Assembly: GCA_964016885.1 (NCBI GenBank)
Contig: OZ024746.1
Location: 90,210,001 to 90,274,000, forward strand
Direction: 5' to 3'
DNA length: 64,000 nucleotides
DNA from: Eledone cirrhosa
Lineage: Eukaryota
A program made the position numbers and the translations under genes. Position 1 is the stretch's first letter. Each line of letters starts with the position of its first letter. The notes below the pieces were generated by a model. The model was not told the origin of the DNA, ran no database searches, and saw only the letters and a list, made by a program, of their open reading frames with translations. Below, piece by piece: positions 57,085 to 64,000 of the stretch.

Positions 57085-58387
57085 TAATATCTCCGATATT
57101 GAAGAGGATGTCATCTTGCATGCTAGGAACACTCTACTTTTTAATGATAATGACACTTGGGTAAAAATATCTAACCCAGAGAACCCATTCGATGTCTCAA
57201 TGGGCTCTTATGACAGTGCCGAAGTTTGTGATCTGGTCGGCCTATTCCTGTTACATACACTTAAAGAAAAATTTCCTAACCATATTTTTGAGCTTTATCG
57301 CGATGATGGTCTAATACTTTCCCATACCACCATAGGCCATAACTTAGATAGATTAAGGAAAGACTTAATAAAAACCTTCGCTAGTTTTAATCTTAAAATT
57401 ACTATTGACACTAACCTTTCCAACGTAGATTTCCTAGATATAAACCTAGATTTGCCTACTGCTTCTTATAAACCATACCATAAACCTAATGAAAACTTAA
57501 AATATATAAATAAAGGATCTTGCCATCCACCTATAGTTTTTAAAAACCGTAGGATCTCCACCCTCTCTTCCTCAGAAGCTATTTTTAATAAGGCATCCCC
57601 CTACTATAATAAAGCCCTCCAAAATAGCGGCTTTAGCGAACCGATTAAATACATACCTAACTATACTAACTCTATTAAACATAAAAATAGGAAAATAAAA
57701 ATAATCTGGTTACCCCCCCCCCCCCCCTACTCTCTAACAGTTAAAACTAATGTAGGCAAAACATTCCTAGAACTCCTAGATAAACATTTCCCTAGAACAC
57801 ATAGATACTATAAGATCTTTAACAGAAACTGTGTTAAAATTAGCTATTCCTGCGGTCCCCCTATTAAGTCCTATATCCTCAACAAAATATCACCTAGAGA
57901 AAATCAAACTTGCTCTTGTAGAATCAAAAGTGAATGCCCATTACAAGGTAAATGCAACACCAAAGCCATTGTATATGCGGCTAAAGTGACAACCATCAGC
58001 AACAACGATCCAGCCACCAGTGAACGATATGTGGGTATGACGCAAGACAGATTCAAAACGCGTTATTACTCCCATGTCGCATCCTTTCGACATCCAGAAA
58101 AAAGATTTACAACAGCTCTGGCTAGCAGAATTGGGGATTTGAAAGACCAAAACATCCAATATAAACTAGATTGGTCAATTTTGAACCAATCTAAAAAATA
58201 CGCTACAGGAACAAGAAAATGCACGCTCTGCATAAATGAAACATTTTGGATATTGCAAAATCTTAAATCACCAAAGACCTGCCTGAACACAAAGACGGAA
58301 ATTTGCACCAGTTGCCCACACATGAAATCACACCTGCTTTCCAGCTCATATAAACTTAACACACCTTCAGATACTTATCCTCCATAA
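57085..58387 (+). CDS. 5'-truncated Penelope-like element polyprotein (RT C-terminal half + GIY-YIG), open frame
   Basis: [65 protein letters not shown]. Confidence 0.9.
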
Positions 58388-59559
58388 ACTCTTATTATTC
58401 TCTTTTTAATTACCCTTTCTGACTTACTTTCATTTTTATCCTTGTCAATAATTTCATTTATTTTCACTTTTATTTATTTTTACTTCACACCCCCCCCCCC
58501 TTATTCTCCGATCCACTTCCTATTTTCTATTTTTTACTTCCCCTTCTTTTACTTCCCTTTTTCCTCCACTAACTGATTACACTTGTCTTTTGTGTTTTTC
58601 AATCCAGATATTTTCATTTTTATTTTATTTTTGCGCAGCCTATCTTACAATTTTATATTTGTACTTATTTATCCACATTTCAATATGGCTGAACGCCTTA
58701 ATGTGTGTATACTTTTTATATATGTACATGAGTGACTACGTATGTGCGCGCGCGTGCGTGTGTGTATCTGTGTGTATGTGTGTGTGTGTGTGTATGTGTA
58801 TATGTGTGTGTGTGTACAGGTGTTTGTGTGTGTGTGTATGTATATATTATGCGTATGTGTACGTGTCTTTATATCCGTGTTTTTGACATCTCGGTTTTAT
58901 GTTTTGTTCCTTTTTTCTTCTCCCCCCCCCCCCTTCCTTTTTTTACTTACTCAGTTTCATACGTGGGTATGTAAACAGGTTTATATGCGTGAGTATAGGT
59001 ATGTGTGTGTGTGTGTATGTACGTATCGAACGTATGGAAGTGTAAGTGCGCCTGTTTATATAAGCATTATTATTTTTACATTTCTTTTGTGAGACACGCG
59101 TGTCTGTGTATGTATATACCCCCTTTTTTTTGTTTTCTTTAATTTTTTCTTTCTAATTTATCGTTATTATATTTTTATAAATATATCGAGACTGACCCTT
59201 TTCTTTTAATTATTACACTCCCTTACCTCCTTTCTTTCCGCACCTAAGCGTACGAGTGTCCAGGCGTTTTATGCGCGCGCTTTCATATTCGTATATTTAC
59301 GATGTAACCATTTCTGTTTGTATAATACAGACATATAGATACATTTGCCCTATTTTAGAATTACGCACACTTTCTCACTATACATGTACATGTACACATA
59401 TACATATATGCACATCTGTGAGCGTATATACATACATATACACACACCTAACTATATTTCTTGATAGATTTTTATATATTTCAATTTCTATTTCATTTAT
59501 CTATATCTTTTTTTTTATTTTCTTGATGTGTTTTTCTAAGTATTTGCCCATGTTTTATA

Positions 59560-59635
59560 TTGCCTCGTCTGACGAACGAATGAAGTCGTTTATTTCGTAT
59601 TCGCCTCATTCGGGAAACCTCTGGTAATGAGGTAA
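59560..59635 (+). ncRNA. Type I HHR in the 3' pLTR of the 57-kb PLE, intact
   Basis: Stem I TTGCCTCGT/ATGAGGTAA; CTGACGA; stem II CGAATGA..TCATTCG; GAAA; stem III ACC-tct-GGT; GUA site. Confidence 0.85.
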
Positions 59636-60194
59636 TTATATTGTATTGATTTTTATACATTAAATTTTGCTATGATACTTACATAGAGCACTCTTCATTT
59701 CTATGACCTTTTCTGTTTCCAACGGAAATTTCAATACTTATATATATATATATATTTATATAAATACATAAACGGAGAAATCTATTACCGATACACCGAC
59801 CATTTTCCAACTCACTCAACAAACATTAGGAAATACCGGAGTATATTCCCAATTAAACGTTTGGGGTGCTAACTATATTGTATTGTGTGGATAATCGGGT
59901 GTATTATTTTGTGAGCTATATTAACATCTCATTCCCCATACCATCGTTTCATTAGAAGATTTTTACATGGTGGGTGAAATTTTATCATGTTATGTAGAAG
60001 CTTGCATAAGATCAATGGATTCCCATGCAAGTGGGCTCTTATAAATATTCAGTGGGTGCCCAATAATATCAATATTAATAACTAAATCATCATTAATATT
60101 TAGCGATAATCTCCATTAGTGCTAGAAAGTGGTCATTAGGTTGTATGTCCAGCAGTTCTAAAGAAAATCTCACATTGTCCCACATATAATTTAC

Positions 60195-60229
<35 letters not shown>

Positions 60230-60325
60230 TTGTGTATAATGGTAGCTATGGTGCTTCCATAGGCGGTATGCCAAAATTAGCACTCAATATTCAACAGAGT
60301 AGAATGGGGATAGTATAAAAAAACG

Positions 60326-60400
<75 letters not shown>

Positions 60401-60634
60401 GTAAATTATATGTGTTGATGATACAACTTCTCAAAGTATTCAGATATGTAATACTCACAAAAAACAGTTCGGAGTTAAAACCCAAATCTGGACTTCAGGT
60501 CATCTAATTATATAGTATTACTTATAAACATTATGGAAGACTGTAATTGGCTGTAATATATCAGTCTGTATGAATATAAACATGAAGTTCACGTCAACAG
60601 GTTAAAATTAACTTCGTTTATTCATAGTCGATAT

Positions 60635-60686
60635 TGTATATATTTCGGCGATATCCCGTATGCAACAGCTACGACCTCATCAGACA
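60635..60686 (-). ncRNA. HHR-like motif, poor stem I
   Basis: Reverse complement: CTGATGA-GG...CC-GAAA-TATA-TA. Confidence 0.45.
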
Positions 60687-62091
60687 GCAATCATTTGAAT
60701 ATAAAAAAACAGAAAAACATAAAGATGAAATAAAGCTCATTGTTTCGATTCATTGATATGATCTGTGCTGAAATTTGCTGGTGCTTTCTCAACGCTCCGG
60801 TGGCATAAGAGATACATAGACAGAGATATATAGATAGAGATATAGAGCAAAAGAGTGTGTGTGTGGGGGGGGGGGGGGTTGTGAGTGTGTGAGTGTGTGT
60901 GACTATGTGTGTCTGTGTGTGTGTGTGAGCGTACGCGCTCGTTTGCTTGCTTCAATATTCTCACAATATCTCGTCCTTGAAATTATACTTTCAAGATATT
61001 TAGCAAAAATGAAAATTAACTTGTAAAATGTGCTGAACGTTCGAAACCGGAAGCAAGTTGCTCTGCAATTATTTATCCTCGCAGATATGCTTCCACTTTT
61101 CTTAGCGATCTATCATGCATTATCTTATACATATATATATTTTTTAATTATGTGTTGTACTATTTCATTTAAAGTTCTTTGGTTCTATTCGTGTTTGACA
61201 TAGTTTAATATTTAATTCCCCTAAATACAAATTAGTGTTGTTGCGTGTATTCTATTGCATTTCTTCATGTCAAGAATGGAACGAAAGTGAATTGTTATTA
61301 AATAATATTTAAGCGACGACATTTTAATTGACATTTGCAAAAGAAGAAACAACAATATTTAACTCTGGGCACCATGTCATGTTGGAAGATGATAATCATA
61401 AAAGTCGTAACCTGCTTTCTGCGTCGTAAAAAGAAAAGATAATTAGAATATAATGAGTATTGGGAATAATTGCCTAAAAATCTCAATAATTATTTTTAAT
61501 TACAGCAACACGAACATGGTTGTATATATAAACGATAACGAATATACAATTAGCTACAAAAGAAATCGAAGTTTAGGAATAATAATATGAAGTCGGTAAT
61601 AATTATAACAGTGGCGGATTAGTAAAACTAATTTCTCAATAAGGCACACACACTATCAGAAAACCTATAAGAGTGCGAATGACGATCAAATTCATTGGCA
61701 TAGTTGTATTTCCACGGTCAGAATAGGATTATATTAAAAGATAACTTGAGTGGGAAATGAAATCAGAACGCTGAGTCTTATAAGAGAAATTATAAATCAT
61801 TTTTTCAGCATTTTTACAGATTTTGCTATTCGTTGACTCTTGCAGTAATTGGGGTAGCGGTCATAAGCAACATCAGGAAAACTGTGCTAGAAAATAATGG
61901 AAGCTTTGCAATTCCAAGCAGCTTCACTCTATCCTAAATTCAAAGCAATTTTCTTTCTATGAACATAAATAATCCTTTCATTTCCTTACTTAAAACTTTT
62001 TCATTTTCCTGAAAGACACAATATGTATTCTTTGATATTTTGCTCTCCAAATCAATGGCATTCCTAGTGCGCACAGTTGTTATATATGATT

Positions 62092-62268
62092 TAATTGTTT
62101 CTACTTTTGGCACTTACCCAGTGTATTACTGGTACTTTATTTTATCGACCCCGTAAGGATGAAAGTCAAAGTTAACCTCGACGGGATTTGAACTCAGAAT
62201 GGCAAGGGCCATAACTCTATGCGTCAAAGCATGGCGTCCGACCCTTTACCGATACTGCCAATCCACCG
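62092..62268 (-). mobile_element. SINE family 1 with TSD-like gttatatatgatttaat
   Basis: Homology; flanking duplication. Confidence 0.85.
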
Positions 62269-62986
62269 ACTGCATATATATGTTATATATGATTTAATAG
62301 TGGTGGCTCTGTCTATATAGATTTATTTTTGCTTCAGTGAATAAGGAAGCAGCCAAAAATCTTTTCCTATAACTCTGTCTTGTGTGAATGATTACTGATT
62401 ACATTCATGTAGATTTTACATATGTTAAATTTGAAATTAAATGGGGAATGAGATGGAAATAGATCCAAAAGTAGATGTCATTCTTTTTAGCTTAGTGAAA
62501 AGGGGGAAATGTATGCATTTAATTCTACTTTATGTTTCGAGTGACATATTCGGAATGGGTGCAGGGTTTCTTCTATTCTTATTATCATTGGCTAAGTTAA
62601 AACAATAAGCGGATAACATGTTCTATCCCAAAATATGTAAAATATGTAATTGATTTGATACATGATGGAAAGTTAAATGCTATGTATCTAGAATTAAAAT
62701 TGTTTTTACTTTAATTTATAAGCGTTGTTAAATTTCACTGAGTATAAAATATGCCAGGTAAACTAACCATTATATAATACATATTTTCCTCGTCTCGTCT
62801 TCCATAATGTTTTAAGTTTTCCTAGTATATGGAAAGATTCTATACGTATTTCGAAGTTTCGTGTCTGTTGACACTAAACATGAGGTTGGTAAAATAATAT
62901 CTGTTTTATATTATCTAATGATTCTTAACAACTCTATATGATACTTCCTACTGTATTTGAATGAAACATGTGTAAACATATTATAT

Positions 62987-63171
62987 AATTGTTTCTACTT
63001 TTGGCACAAGGCCAGCAATTTCCCAGTGCATTACTGGTACTTTATTGTATCTACCCTGTAAGGAGGAAAGGCAAAGTTAACATCGACGGGATTTGAACTT
63101 AGACCGTAAAGGGACGTAACTATGCTGGAAAGCATGGCGTCCGACCCTCTACCAATACTGCCAATTCACCG
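62987..63171 (-). mobile_element. SINE family 1 with TSD gtaaa(c/t)atattatataat
   Basis: Homology; flanking duplication. Confidence 0.85.
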
Positions 63172-63406
63172 CGTAAATATATTATATAATGTATTAAACA
63201 TTGGTTTATTTATTCATTTCATGTATGCTGTGTGAGTTTTATAATACTACTATGACTAGAAATTTACAGATTGGATTTAACTTTGAAATGATGTTTACCA
63301 ATCTTGATGTGTATACTAAAGTCACATCAAGCTTGAATATCTGTATGCCTTATGCATTTGTATTATCAACTTATTTGTTATAACTTATAAATAAATACAC
63401 ACATAC

Positions 63407-63511
<105 letters not shown>

Positions 63512-63832
63512 TACTCTCGCGTTCTATTGGTAACATGTAACCCAGTACAGTATCCAACCCCATCAAGCTCGCTTGGTGTGGAGAGTGTTATTTGGACACC
63601 CTGCGGGATGAAATACAAGACCTGGCAAAGGGCAGAGGCGCTCAGCAGAGTCAACGGCCATCCAAATAGTATTTTCTTTATCTTATTTTTTTTTTATACG
63701 GAGAGTTAAAACTCCGAGGCATAAACAGTTGAGGGCTGTCGTTCTATTTTCTGTGGCAAACATTTGCACCGACGATATGTGTCGGCAGATCCAAAAAGTG
63801 TGGTTGGTCCTACACACGCATTCAACACTTCT

Positions 63833-63990
63833 GATTTAGGCAAAAGACCAACAATATTTGGCAAGGTGAAAGTCGATTAAATCGAGCCTGCTGGTTACTG
63901 GTATTTTATTTTATGGACCACAAAACGATGAAATGTAAAGTCTACCTCGGCAGGATTTGAACTCAGAGAGCAGAGAATCGGAGACATTGT
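63833..63990 (-). mobile_element. Old SINE family 1-related copy
   Basis: ggtattttattttatggacc..aaagtctacctcggcaggatttgaactcag. Confidence 0.65.
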
Positions 63991-64000
63991 AGAATACACT

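Overview
AT-rich eukaryotic DNA saturated with (TA)n/(CA)n/(GA)n microsatellites. It is probably animal, and the SINE and microsatellite landscape resembles cephalopod (octopus-type) genomes; that is inference. I found no convincing host protein-coding exon, and nearly all ORFs in the track are microsatellite translations. The real coding remnants are several Penelope-like retroelement (PLE) RT/GIY-YIG fragments, a decayed mariner transposase and an RTE-LINE tail. Two tRNA-derived SINE families are also present. The main signal is non-coding: about 25-30 type I hammerhead ribozyme (HHR) motifs, intact and decayed, from roughly 10 or more unrelated sequence families. Most lie near the end of a short element embedded in (TA)n. 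They occur as a near-identical 557-bp head-to-tail array with a terminal inversion (retrozyme-like), as fold-back elements whose HHRs all point outward, and as a family with a U3-A8 variant catalytic core. One PLE has an in-frame TGA at a Zn-finger cysteine position, which could be a selenocysteine codon. All structures were folded by eye, and coordinates are approximate to a few bases.
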